Source: Rickettsia typhi
GTDB lineage: Bacteria; Pseudomonadota; Alphaproteobacteria; Rickettsiales; UBA1997
Direction of reading: 5' to 3'
DNA length: 61,136 nt
Assembly (NCBI GenBank): GCA_945901265.1
Contig: CAMDJZ010000006.1
Span: forward strand, 1-61,136
The position numbers and the translations under genes are program-made. The notes beneath the pieces are model-generated. The model saw only the letters and a program-made list of their open reading frames with translations. It did not search any database and had not been told where the DNA came from. Shown in pieces: positions 49,756 to 59,298 of the stretch (position 1 is the stretch's first letter; the number at the start of each line of letters is the position of its first letter).

Positions 49756-51081
49756 CTAATTTTTGTTATAATCAACAAAGCTATCATTGGCTTTTTCGAT
49801 GGTTTCAAACCAGTTTCCAGCTTTATTAGAAACGCTGATTTTTAGGATTGCTAAATTTCTTTGTACTAAGCCATTAGGTAAAAAACGAAATAAACCATCA
49901 ACGCCTTGATAGCCATTTTTAAAATTAATAAAATCACTAACTACTGGAATTTGACCTTGTTTGCGATTAGTTAATTCGGCAATTAATCCAACCATGTCAT
50001 AAGTGATTGAAGCGATACGAGGTGGAAATTTTTCAAATTTACTGTAGTAATAATTTTCAAGATCAGAAAATTTTTCATTTTCAGGAGCTGGGAACCATGC
50101 GTTGATTAAATTAGAATCGAATATCGATTTATCATCCCATTGCGATGTTCCAAGGATTTGGAAATCGCGTTCATTGGTATTTTGTTTTTTAATTAATGAA
50201 ATAATTTTTGAAGCAATTTTACCAGATTCAGGAATCATAATAACTTGAGGATAGATTCTGTCATAATCATTAATCACTAAATCTTTATTTTTTTTACCTT
50301 TAGTTAAATTTTCTGGTAAAACAAAAGCATTTATAGTTCTTTCAACTATTCGATCAAGGTCTTTACTGTTATTATCGTAAAATTCTGAAGTGATAAAATT
50401 ACCCTGTTTAGAGCGAACAAATCTTTTAAGAAGATCGGTAATGGTCTTGCCATATTGATTACTTGGGGCAATTACTGCAAAATTTAATTTACCTTGACTT
50501 ATTGCGTAATTTACAATTTTATCAACTTGATTTTCAGGAAGAATTCCGCTAACAAAAACTCCACCTTCCTTATCAATTTTATTAATTAAATTTTGATTAT
50601 TTGATAATGAAATTACAGTTATTTTATTTTGTCTTGCTAATTTTTCAATAGCTTCAACTGAGCTTGTAAATACCGGTCCAATTACTATTTTTATTTTGCG
50701 ATCAATGATTTCTTTGAAAGCTTTTTCTGTGTCTATTGCAGTATCTTTTGAATCAAATAAAACTAATTCAATAATACCATTTGGATCATTGTAAAATAAA
50801 GAAATTGTTGCGCAGTTAAATAAGCTAAAACCTAAATCTTTATTTTTACCAGAAAAGGGAAGTAACAATGCAACTTGGACTTTTTTTTGATCACTCTTAA
50901 TCGTAGGTAAGTTTTTATTGGAAAAGATTTCTTGGTTATTAGGCAATGCAATATTTGATAAATTGCTAGTTGCAATATTAGTTTCTGGTTTTGTATTCTG
51001 TGTATCTAAAGCTTTAAATTGCTGAGTAATTTGCTGGCATGAGCACAAAAATAAACTTAGTAAAAGAAAATATTTTTTCAT
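49756..51081 (-). CDS. Penicillin-binding protein activator-like lipoprotein (LpoA-like, type I periplasmic binding fold)
   Basis: Lipobox FLCSC, 'VALLLPFSG', 'IGPVF', 'GVDGLFRFLPNGLVQRNLAI'; divergent from rsmI as is usual in alphaproteobacteria. Confidence 0.85.
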   Translation of the reverse strand: MKKYFLLLSLFLCSCQQITQQFKALDTQNTKPETNIATSNLSNIALPNNQEIFSNKNLPTIKSDQKKVQVALLLPFSGKNKDLGFSLFNCATISLFYNDPNGIIELVLFDSKDTAIDTEKAFKEIIDRKIKIVIGPVFTSSVEAIEKLARQNKITVISLSNNQNLINKIDKEGGVFVSGILPENQVDKIVNYAISQGKLNFAVIAPSNQYGKTITDLLKRFVRSKQGNFITSEFYDNNSKDLDRIVERTINAFVLPENLTKGKKNKDLVINDYDRIYPQVIMIPESGKIASKIISLIKKQNTNERDFQILGTSQWDDKSIFDSNLINAWFPAPENEKFSDLENYYYSKFEKFPPRIASITYDMVGLIAELTNRKQGQIPVVSDFINFKNGYQGVDGLFRFLPNGLVQRNLAILKISVSNKAGNWFETIEKANDSFVDYNKN

Positions 51082-51197
51082 AGTAATTAGCGATTTTTAT
51101 ATGAAATTAAAAAAAAATTATTAAATTTATTTTTTAATGAAGTAGATCTAGATTAATCATTAATTTGTCAATTTCAATTTAATTTAATTAAGCAATA

Positions 51198-52103
51198 ATG
51201 CAAAACCTTTTCTTAAATTCACCAATAAAAGTGCAAAATACTTTAAAAGATACTGAGCTTGCATGTGCTTTATACATAGTTTCAACGCCGATTGGCAATC
51301 TTGGTGATATAACTTTAAGAGCATTACAAATTTTACAAAAAGTTGATTTAATAATTTGCGAAGATAGTCGCGTAGCCCAAAAACTTTTATCACAATATCA
51401 AATTATTGATAAAAAATTCTTAGTTTACAATGATCATAGCGATGAAAATATTCGATTAAAAATTTTAAATTTATTGATACAAAATAATCGTCTAGCACTA
51501 ATAAGCGATGCAGGAACGCCATTAATTTCCGATCCAGGTTATAAATTAATTAATTTTTTACGAAGCCATAATCAAAAAATCATTTCTATTCCCGGTGCGT
51601 CATCAGTTACAGCATGTATTAGCGTTGCAGGATTGGCATGTGATCAATTTATTTTTTTAGGTTTTTTGCCAAGCACATCCTTGCAAAAGGAAAAGGTTTT
51701 TAAAAATTATAATCGTAATTTTTCCTGGGTATTTTTTGAAAGCGCAAATCGCTTGTTAGCAACATTAGAATTAATGCAAAAAAATCTTGATAATCCTCGT
51801 ATTTGCATAGCTCGTGAACTTACAAAATTGCACGAAGAAATCGTTACTGATAACCTCGATAAAGTATTAAATTTTTTTCAAAGTAATCCGCAAAAATTAA
51901 AAGGCGAGGTGGTGGTGATGGTCGAAAAAAATGATAAAAATTTCTCAGATATTTCTCCACAACAGTTACAAGAGTCAATAAAGTCAGCTATCCAAGACAA
52001 TAAATCATTGAAAGATATAGCTCAGGAGTTAAGCGAAATTTACAATCTTAACAAAAAAGAAATCTATCAATTGGCCTTACAAATCAAAGATCACAAAAAT
52101 TAA
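51198..52103 (+). CDS. rsmI: 16S rRNA (C1402-2'-O)-methyltransferase
   Basis: LYIVSTPIGNLGDITLRAL, CEDSR, SDAGTPLISDPG, RELTKLHEE. Confidence 0.96.
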   Translation: MQNLFLNSPIKVQNTLKDTELACALYIVSTPIGNLGDITLRALQILQKVDLIICEDSRVAQKLLSQYQIIDKKFLVYNDHSDENIRLKILNLLIQNNRLALISDAGTPLISDPGYKLINFLRSHNQKIISIPGASSVTACISVAGLACDQFIFLGFLPSTSLQKEKVFKNYNRNFSWVFFESANRLLATLELMQKNLDNPRICIARELTKLHEEIVTDNLDKVLNFFQSNPQKLKGEVVVMVEKNDKNFSDISPQQLQESIKSAIQDNKSLKDIAQELSEIYNLNKKEIYQLALQIKDHKN

Positions 52104-52119
52104 AATTTTTAAATTAATC

Positions 52120-52467
52120 ATGAAAAATAACCACTTTTTTGGAATTTATGCTGAAAAACTTGCGATGTGTTTCTTGATCGTAAAGGGATATAAAATCCTT
52201 GCTTGGCGATACAAAACGCCATTTGGTGAAATTGATATTATTGCTAAAAAAAATAATTTTTTAGTATTTATCGAAGTAAAATCTTCATTAAAAAAAATTT
52301 TAAATATTGAAATTGCTCTTAGAAAAGACCAGATTAATCGCATGTTTAGAGCTACAAATTATTTTATTAAAACAAATAAGCAATTACAAAACATTCCACA
52401 ACGTTTTGATTTTATTGAAGTTAAGGGATATTTCAGTTTAAAACATCATTGCAATTTCATGAGTTGA
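52120..52467 (+). CDS. yraN: YraN family protein
   Basis: 'GEIDIIA', 'VFIEVK', 'RFD'; follows rsmI. Confidence 0.9.
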   Translation: MKNNHFFGIYAEKLAMCFLIVKGYKILAWRYKTPFGEIDIIAKKNNFLVFIEVKSSLKKILNIEIALRKDQINRMFRATNYFIKTNKQLQNIPQRFDFIEVKGYFSLKHHCNFMS

Positions 52468-52563
52468 AATTTACTTTGGAGAGTTGTAAATTTGTAAAAT
52501 ACTTTCGCAAATTTTAGCGAATGTTATAAAAAATTAATTCAAATAACTTAAAATAATATTTCT

Positions 52564-53103
52564 GTGAAGCCAATAAAGTCTAATCACCAAGCTGTTACTA
52601 ACAGCTTTTTTCGTATTAATGATCAAATCAAAGTAAAGGAAGTTCGTGTTATTGACGAAAGCGGTAAGATGTTGGGCGTTATGTCTGTTGCTGATGGAAT
52701 TAGACTCGCACGCGAGTCTGATCTTGATTTAATTGAGGTTTCTCCTAATGCCAGTCCACCAGTTTGCAAAATTTCTAATTTTGGTAAAATGAAATATGAA
52801 TTTCAGAAAAAAATATCCGATGCCAAGAAAAAACAAAAAGTTGTTGAAGTCAAGGAAGTCAAGATGACCATCAATATTGGCAAAGGTGATTATGATACTA
52901 AAATTCGTCATACCAAAGAATTTATCGAGAAAGGTAATAAGGTTAAAATATCAATTCGCATGAAGGGTCGAGAAATAACCCACCGCGATCTTGCTGAAAA
53001 AATGATGATAAACATTATGAAAGATACCCAAGATTTTGCTAAAGCAGAACTTGAACCAAAGCTAGAGGGAATGCAGATGTTAACAATTCTTATCAAAAAA
53101 TAA
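52564..53103 (+). CDS. infC: Translation initiation factor IF-3
   Basis: RIND.I...EVRVID, DLIEVSPNASPPVCKI, KVKISIRMKGRE; non-ATG start (GTG 52564 or in-frame ATT 52558). Confidence 0.96.
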   Translation: MKPIKSNHQAVTNSFFRINDQIKVKEVRVIDESGKMLGVMSVADGIRLARESDLDLIEVSPNASPPVCKISNFGKMKYEFQKKISDAKKKQKVVEVKEVKMTINIGKGDYDTKIRHTKEFIEKGNKVKISIRMKGREITHRDLAEKMMINIMKDTQDFAKAELEPKLEGMQMLTILIKK

Positions 53104-53115
53104 ATTGAAAAAATT

Positions 53116-56100
53116 ATGCAAAATTTGATTAAACAGGTAATAAATTTTTCACAAAAAAATCAACTTTCTAAGGCTGTTGATAAAGAAAATTTCCAATATT
53201 TCTTAGAAATTTTTTATTTAGACAATAAACTTTCTGATTTTGAAAATTATAGCGTTGAAGATCTTTATTTTGCAGCTCTTCATAGTTTTAATTTTTTTTG
53301 TGAGAAAAAAAATAGCGTTTCGCGCGTCAGAATTTCCAATCCAACTAAAGATAAAGAAAATTCTAATGCTCAATATACTTTTATCGATATTGTTAATAAA
53401 GACATGCCATTTTTGGTCGATTCAGTAGTTGCTTTTTTGGATAAAAATGGTTTTAAAATCAAGAATGTTATCCATCCTGTTTATAAAGTTTTGCGTGATA
53501 AAAGTGGGGAATTTAAAGGCTTAAATTTCGATAAATCGCAATTGCATGATTTTCCGGTTGAGTCGATAATTCAACTTCATATTGATAAAATTATCAGTGA
53601 AAATGTTATTAAAGAAGTGCAAGAAAATATTGAACAAATTCTACAATCCATTGATTTAGTTGTTGAAGACTGGCAAAAGATGTTGCAGTTGACAAAAGAA
53701 GCTCAAGCACAAATTGATAATTCGCTAAATATTGTTAAAGATCAACAATATTTAACAGAAGTTAAAGATTTTATTGCATGGTTAATAAATGGTAATTTTA
53801 TTTTTCTTGGTGCAAATGAATTTTCAATTGATAAAAATAAAAATAATGAATATCAGCTTAATGAAGTTCCCAATATAGCTTCCGGAATGTTTAGAACTTC
53901 TATTGCAGAATTCAAACCGCAAGTTGTTAACTCTTCAAGCGCTGAAGTAAATGATTCAATTACCAATCCTTTTGTAATTGAAATTTTAAAATCACGTTAC
54001 CGTTCAAAAATTCATCGCATTACCAATGCCGAAAGAATTAGAATTCAAAAAATTTCTGCAGATGGTAAAATTATTGGCGAATATCGTTTTATTGGTTTAT
54101 TTACTTCATCAGCTTATGTTTCAAGTATTTCATCAATTCCATTAATTCGTAACAAGATACAGCAAGTCATTAACGCCTCGGGATTTGCTAAAGGCAGTCA
54201 CAACTATAAAGACCTAGTTTCAACCCTTGAATCATATCCGCGTGATGAGTTATTTCAAATTAATGAAGCAGATTTATTGCGTAATGCCACGGGAATTGTT
54301 TCGATTTGTGGAAGATCGGTTGTTAAATTTTTTGCTAGACAAGATAAATTTAAACGTTTCGTGAGTTGCTTAATTTTTACACCTCGCGATCGAAGTAATT
54401 CCCAAGTTCGTGAAAAAATAAAGGAAGTTTTAATTAAAGCCTATAGTGGTGAAGTTGCGGATTCTTTTGTACAAATTACCGAATCAAATTTAATTAGACT
54501 TCATGTGATAATTAGAACTAACGGAGTAATTGCTGAAGTTGATGAGCGAAAAATTGAAATTGAAATAGAAGGTATTACAAGAATTTGGAGTGATGAATTG
54601 CTTGAGGCGATTAAAAATAAATTTGATAGTGAAAATTCTGTAAGTCTTTATGCGCGTTACAAAAACGCTTTCTCAGTTAGCTATACAAATCGTTTTGATG
54701 CCATTGAAGCATCTCTTGATATTGCTTTAATTCAAAAATCATTAACCCAAAAAACTACTATTTTTGATTTAAATAATGCCGATTTAAAGGGATTAAAATC
54801 AAATTCTGAAAATGGAGATATTTGCGAGTTTAAGATTTTTACGCCAAATAAACAAATTCCTCTTTCTGAAATTATGCCCTTGCTTGATAGTTTTGGTTTT
54901 GATGTAATTCAAGAACACACCTACGCTGTCAATATTGAAGAAGAATCAAGATATAGATCAATAACTAAAGTTTGTATTCAATATTTTCAATTAACTCTTA
55001 CTAAAAATGGTGGAAAGTTAACAGCAAATATTAAAAATAATTTTGAAAAAACTATCGCCTTGATTTATCAAAAAGAAATTGCCAGTGGCGCACTTAATCG
55101 CTTAGTTATTAATTGCGATTTAAATTGGCAAGAGGTTCTTATGATTCGAGCTTATGGTCAATATTTATATCAAACAAATTACCGTTACTCACAAAATTAT
55201 TTTGCAGATGCTTTATATAGCTTGCCAGAAATTACCAAAAACTTAGTTAAGCTTTTTATAACTAAATTTGATCCCAAGTCAGTAAAATCAACCATTGATA
55301 ATGAAAAAAATTTACAAGTTATAATCAATAAAATTCATGAAGATTTATCTTTAGTTAAAGATGTTGCGTTTGATGATGTTATAAGAAAATTTTTAACTGT
55401 AATCAATGCTACTTTGCGAACTAATTATTTCCAAACTTCAGATTCAGGAAATTTTAAAGGTTATGTTTCTTTTAAATTTGATAGCAAAAAAATTCCACAT
55501 TTACCCCTTCCTTTGCCTTACGCAGAAATTTTTGTTTATTCTTCGCGTGTTGAGGCTATCCACTTGCGAGGTGGTAAAGTTGCGCGTGGAGGATTGCGTT
55601 GGTCTGATCGTCAAGAAGATTTTCGTACCGAAGTTCTTGGTTTGATGAAAGCGCAAATGACCAAAAATGCCGTAATCGTTCCAGTTGGTTCAAAGGGTGG
55701 ATTTGTTATTAAGAGTGATGTTAGCAATTTTAATCGTGAACAATTACAACAAGAGGCAATTTATTGCTATAAAACTTTTTTATCAGGCTTGTTAGACATT
55801 ACTGATAATGTCATTGATTCAAAAATTATTCATCCTCAAAATGTTGTTTTTTATGATCAAGTAGATCCATATTTAGTAGTTGCAGCCGATAAGGGTACGG
55901 CAACTTTTTCTGATATCGCTAACTCAGTTTCTGCTAATTATAATTTTTGGCTAGGTGATGCTTTTGCCTCGGGTGGGTCAGTTGGTTATGATCATAAAAA
56001 AATGGGTATCACTGCGAAAGGTGCTTGGATTTCGGTAATGCGTCATTTTCGTGAAATGCAAATAGATACGCAAAGTCAAGATTTTACTTGCGTTGGAATT

Positions 56101-57987
56101 GGTGATTTGTCAGGTGATGTTTTTGGCAATGCAACATTGCTTTCAAGGCATATAAAACTTGTTTGCGCATTTAACCATCTGCATATTTTCTTTGATCCAA
56201 ATCCTGATGTTGAAAAATCTTTTTTAGAGCGTCAAAGAATGTTTAATCTTCCAAGGTCAAGTTGGATGGATTACGATAAATCATTGATTTCTAAGGGTGG
56301 AGGTATTTTTGAACGCAGTACAAAAATCATAAATTTAACTCCGCAAATGCAAGAAATTTTACAAATTTCTCATGAAGAATTAAGTCCAAATGATTTGATT
56401 AAAGCTATTTTAAAAGCTCCAGTTGATCTGCTTTTTAATGGTGGAATTGGCACTTATGTTAAATCAAGTGACGAGACTCATCAAGAAGTTGGTGATCGCG
56501 CTAATGATGCACTTCGTATCAATGGCAATGATCTAAGATGTAAGGTTATAGGAGAGGGTGGAAATTTAGGTTTTACTCAAAAAGGACGAATTGAATTTGC
56601 ACAAAATGGTGGAAGAATTAATACTGATGCGATGGATAATTCTGCAGGAGTAGATTGCTCAGATCATGAAGTGAATATTAAAATTGCTTTAACTTCAGCA
56701 TTGCGAAGCGCTAAACTTAATTTAGATCAACGCAATAAAGATCTTGAGGCTATGACTGATGATGTTGCAAATCTTGTTTTAAAAGATAATCGCGAACAAA
56801 CACAGGCAATTTCTATAGCCCAGTTACAAGGTTTATCGCTAATTCAGCAACAAGCGCAATTTTTAGATAGTCTTGAAAAAATAGGTTTACTTAATCGCTT
56901 AATTGAATTTTTACCTTCTAACAAGGAAATTGAAAAAAGGCAAAGAGAGGGTTTAAGCCTAACTCGCCCAGAGCTTTGCGTGATGTTAGCATATTCTAAA
57001 ATGGCAATTTATAATCAAATTTTAATTTCTGATTTAGTAAATGATCCCTACTTTACTCAAGATTTAATGAGTTATTTTCCAAAGTTAATGCAGCAAAAAT
57101 TTAGCGATGAAATAATCAATCATCAATTGCGCAAGGAAATTATTGCAACGCAAATTACAAATTTTGTAGTTAATCGCATGGGCATTACATTCATTAACCA
57201 AATATGCCAAGATAGTGGATTTAGTATTGCTGATGTATTGCGGAGTTTTATAATTGCTTGCGAGTCATTTAATATCAAAGAATTATGGCATGACATTGAA
57301 AATCTTGATGGCGAAATTAATTTTTCATCACAAGTAAAAATGTTCGTTAGTGCTAATAAATTATTGGAAAGATCGGTTTCATGGTTACTACGCAATCAAA
57401 ATCATGAAGCAATCTCAGAACAAATTTCTAATTATAGAAAAATTATTAATGAATTAACGCAAATTCTTCCGGATGTTCTCTCTGTTGATCTTAAGCAAGA
57501 TCTTGATAAAAAAATTATTGATTTCAGTAAAGAAAAAATTTCTAAAAATTTAGCGCAAAAACTTGCCAATCTTAATGCAATTTCTTCAGCTTTTGATATT
57601 TTTGAAATCGCTAATTCTACAAAAATTGAAGTAAAAATTATTGCTAAAATTTATTTTGCAATTGGTACTCGTTTTAACTTAGAATGGATCAGTTCTAGTG
57701 TTAATAAGCTTGAGTTAAATAATCAATGGCAAAAAATATTAAGCAAAACTTTACTGCAAGATTTTAATTTTTATCAAATGAAAATTTCTAAAACCATAAT
57801 TGAAATGCAAGATAATAAAAAAATAAAACTCGATGAAGTAAATTATATAATTGAAAATTGGATTAACACAGTTAACTTTTTAGTAGCAAGATTTGATAAT
57901 TTTATCGGTGAATTGAAAGACGATCCCAATCACGATCTAGCAATGTTTGCTATCGCCTTGAATCGCTTGAAGCCATTGATTAATTAA
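53116..57987 (+). CDS. gdhB: Large NAD-specific glutamate dehydrogenase
   Basis: 1623 aa; DMPFLVDSV, HLRGGKVARGGLRWSDR, YLVVAADKGTATFSD, NSAGVDCSDHEVNIKI. Confidence 0.96.
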   Translation: MQNLIKQVINFSQKNQLSKAVDKENFQYFLEIFYLDNKLSDFENYSVEDLYFAALHSFNFFCEKKNSVSRVRISNPTKDKENSNAQYTFIDIVNKDMPFLVDSVVAFLDKNGFKIKNVIHPVYKVLRDKSGEFKGLNFDKSQLHDFPVESIIQLHIDKIISENVIKEVQENIEQILQSIDLVVEDWQKMLQLTKEAQAQIDNSLNIVKDQQYLTEVKDFIAWLINGNFIFLGANEFSIDKNKNNEYQLNEVPNIASGMFRTSIAEFKPQVVNSSSAEVNDSITNPFVIEILKSRYRSKIHRITNAERIRIQKISADGKIIGEYRFIGLFTSSAYVSSISSIPLIRNKIQQVINASGFAKGSHNYKDLVSTLESYPRDELFQINEADLLRNATGIVSICGRSVVKFFARQDKFKRFVSCLIFTPRDRSNSQVREKIKEVLIKAYSGEVADSFVQITESNLIRLHVIIRTNGVIAEVDERKIEIEIEGITRIWSDELLEAIKNKFDSENSVSLYARYKNAFSVSYTNRFDAIEASLDIALIQKSLTQKTTIFDLNNADLKGLKSNSENGDICEFKIFTPNKQIPLSEIMPLLDSFGFDVIQEHTYAVNIEEESRYRSITKVCIQYFQLTLTKNGGKLTANIKNNFEKTIALIYQKEIASGALNRLVINCDLNWQEVLMIRAYGQYLYQTNYRYSQNYFADALYSLPEITKNLVKLFITKFDPKSVKSTIDNEKNLQVIINKIHEDLSLVKDVAFDDVIRKFLTVINATLRTNYFQTSDSGNFKGYVSFKFDSKKIPHLPLPLPYAEIFVYSSRVEAIHLRGGKVARGGLRWSDRQEDFRTEVLGLMKAQMTKNAVIVPVGSKGGFVIKSDVSNFNREQLQQEAIYCYKTFLSGLLDITDNVIDSKIIHPQNVVFYDQVDPYLVVAADKGTATFSDIANSVSANYNFWLGDAFASGGSVGYDHKKMGITAKGAWISVMRHFREMQIDTQSQDFTCVGIGDLSGDVFGNATLLSRHIKLVCAFNHLHIFFDPNPDVEKSFLERQRMFNLPRSSWMDYDKSLISKGGGIFERSTKIINLTPQMQEILQISHEELSPNDLIKAILKAPVDLLFNGGIGTYVKSSDETHQEVGDRANDALRINGNDLRCKVIGEGGNLGFTQKGRIEFAQNGGRINTDAMDNSAGVDCSDHEVNIKIALTSALRSAKLNLDQRNKDLEAMTDDVANLVLKDNREQTQAISIAQLQGLSLIQQQAQFLDSLEKIGLLNRLIEFLPSNKEIEKRQREGLSLTRPELCVMLAYSKMAIYNQILISDLVNDPYFTQDLMSYFPKLMQQKFSDEIINHQLRKEIIATQITNFVVNRMGITFINQICQDSGFSIADVLRSFIIACESFNIKELWHDIENLDGEINFSSQVKMFVSANKLLERSVSWLLRNQNHEAISEQISNYRKIINELTQILPDVLSVDLKQDLDKKIIDFSKEKISKNLAQKLANLNAISSAFDIFEIANSTKIEVKIIAKIYFAIGTRFNLEWISSSVNKLELNNQWQKILSKTLLQDFNFYQMKISKTIIEMQDNKKIKLDEVNYIIENWINTVNFLVARFDNFIGELKDDPNHDLAMFAIALNRLKPLIN

Positions 57988-58001
57988 ATTTTGTTAATTT
58001 T

Positions 58002-58088
58002 GCGGTTGTGGCGGAATTGGTATACGCGTAACGTTGAGGTCGTTATGGGGTAAAACCCGTGGAAGTTCAAGTCTTCTCAACCGCACCA
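58002..58088 (+). tRNA. tRNA-Leu (GAG)
   Basis: Acceptor GCGGTTG/CAACCGC, anticodon arm TAACG-TTGAGGT-CGTTA, long variable arm, encoded CCA. Confidence 0.96.
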
Positions 58089-58137
58089 TTTTTTAACATT
58101 TATTAATAATCATTAACCACTTTAACATTTATTAATT

Positions 58138-59244
58138 ATGAAAATTTTAGCACTTAAGGAAAGTAACCCCCAAGAAAATCGAGTGGCAATTAGCGAAGAA
58201 ACCGTTGGAAAATTTTGTAAAATTGGTTTTGAAGTTTTTATTGAAAAAGATGCGGGAATTAAATCGGCAATTAGCGATGCTGTTTACCAAAAAGCTGGTG
58301 CGAAAATTATTAACAATATTGATGATTTTCTAAGTGATGTTGATATTGTAATTTCAGTGCAAAGAACTGATTTTAATTTTAATAAGATGAAAGAAGATGC
58401 GATTTTTATTGCCTTGCTAAATCCTTATTTTAACAAAGAAAAAATTACCGAAATTGCCCAAGCTGGTATCGCAATTTTTGCTTTAGAATTAATGCCAAGA
58501 ATTACTAGAGCCCAAGGTATGGATGTATTGTCTTCACAAAGTAATCTCGCTGGTTATCGGGCAGTCATTGATGCTTGTTATGAAATATCTAAAGCTGTCC
58601 CAATGATGATTACGGCAGGCGGAACAGTTTCTGCTGGAAAATTTTTAATTTTAGGTGCTGGAGTTGCAGGTCTGCAAGCAATTGCAACAGCTAAAAGACT
58701 CGGAGCTATTGTGAGTGTTTTTGATGTTCGCTCATCAACAAAAGAGCAGGTGGAAAGTTTGGGAGCAAAATTTATTGAAATTAAAAATAGTGAAAAGCAA
58801 GATGGGGTATATGCTAAAGAGCTTTCAGAGCAAGATAAGCAAAAACAAGCTGAATTGTTAATGAATAATATAAAAAACCAAGATGTGGTTATTACTACTG
58901 CATTAATTCCTGGCAAAAAAGCGCCAATACTTATTTCCAAGGAAATGGTTGAGGTTATGAAAAGTGGTTCGGTGATTATTGATTTGGCATCGGTAAATGG
59001 TGGTAATTGTGAGCTTACAAAACCTGGCCAAGTCATCGAGGTTCATGGCGTAAAGATAATTGGCCATGAAAATTTCCCATCGCGCTTAGCAATTGATGCT
59101 AGCAAAATGCTTGCCAAAAATATTTTTAATTTTATAGAACTTTTTGTTGATAAACAAAATAAAACTATTTTTATTAACAATGCTGATGAGATAATTAAAA
59201 ACACTTTAGTTGCTCATAAAAAATCAGTAATTAATATAAAATAA
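58138..59244 (+). CDS. pntA: NAD(P) transhydrogenase alpha subunit, soluble domain I (PntAA)
   Basis: PRITRAQGMDVLSSQSNLAGYRAV, GAGVAGLQAIATAKRLGA, TTALIPGKKAP, GGNCELT; no TM part. Confidence 0.93.
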   Translation: MKILALKESNPQENRVAISEETVGKFCKIGFEVFIEKDAGIKSAISDAVYQKAGAKIINNIDDFLSDVDIVISVQRTDFNFNKMKEDAIFIALLNPYFNKEKITEIAQAGIAIFALELMPRITRAQGMDVLSSQSNLAGYRAVIDACYEISKAVPMMITAGGTVSAGKFLILGAGVAGLQAIATAKRLGAIVSVFDVRSSTKEQVESLGAKFIEIKNSEKQDGVYAKELSEQDKQKQAELLMNNIKNQDVVITTALIPGKKAPILISKEMVEVMKSGSVIIDLASVNGGNCELTKPGQVIEVHGVKIIGHENFPSRLAIDASKMLAKNIFNFIELFVDKQNKTIFINNADEIIKNTLVAHKKSVINIK

Positions 59245-59298
59245 AAATTCGCATGAATTTTTATTGTTATTATTTAAACCTAATAATGTTTTTAAGTT

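Noticed and set aside
59245-59298. CtrA boxes (TTAA-N7-TTAA) upstream of ftsZ or the pilin-like genes
   Set aside because: No exact match seen upstream of ftsZ, and near-matches are uninformative at this AT content.
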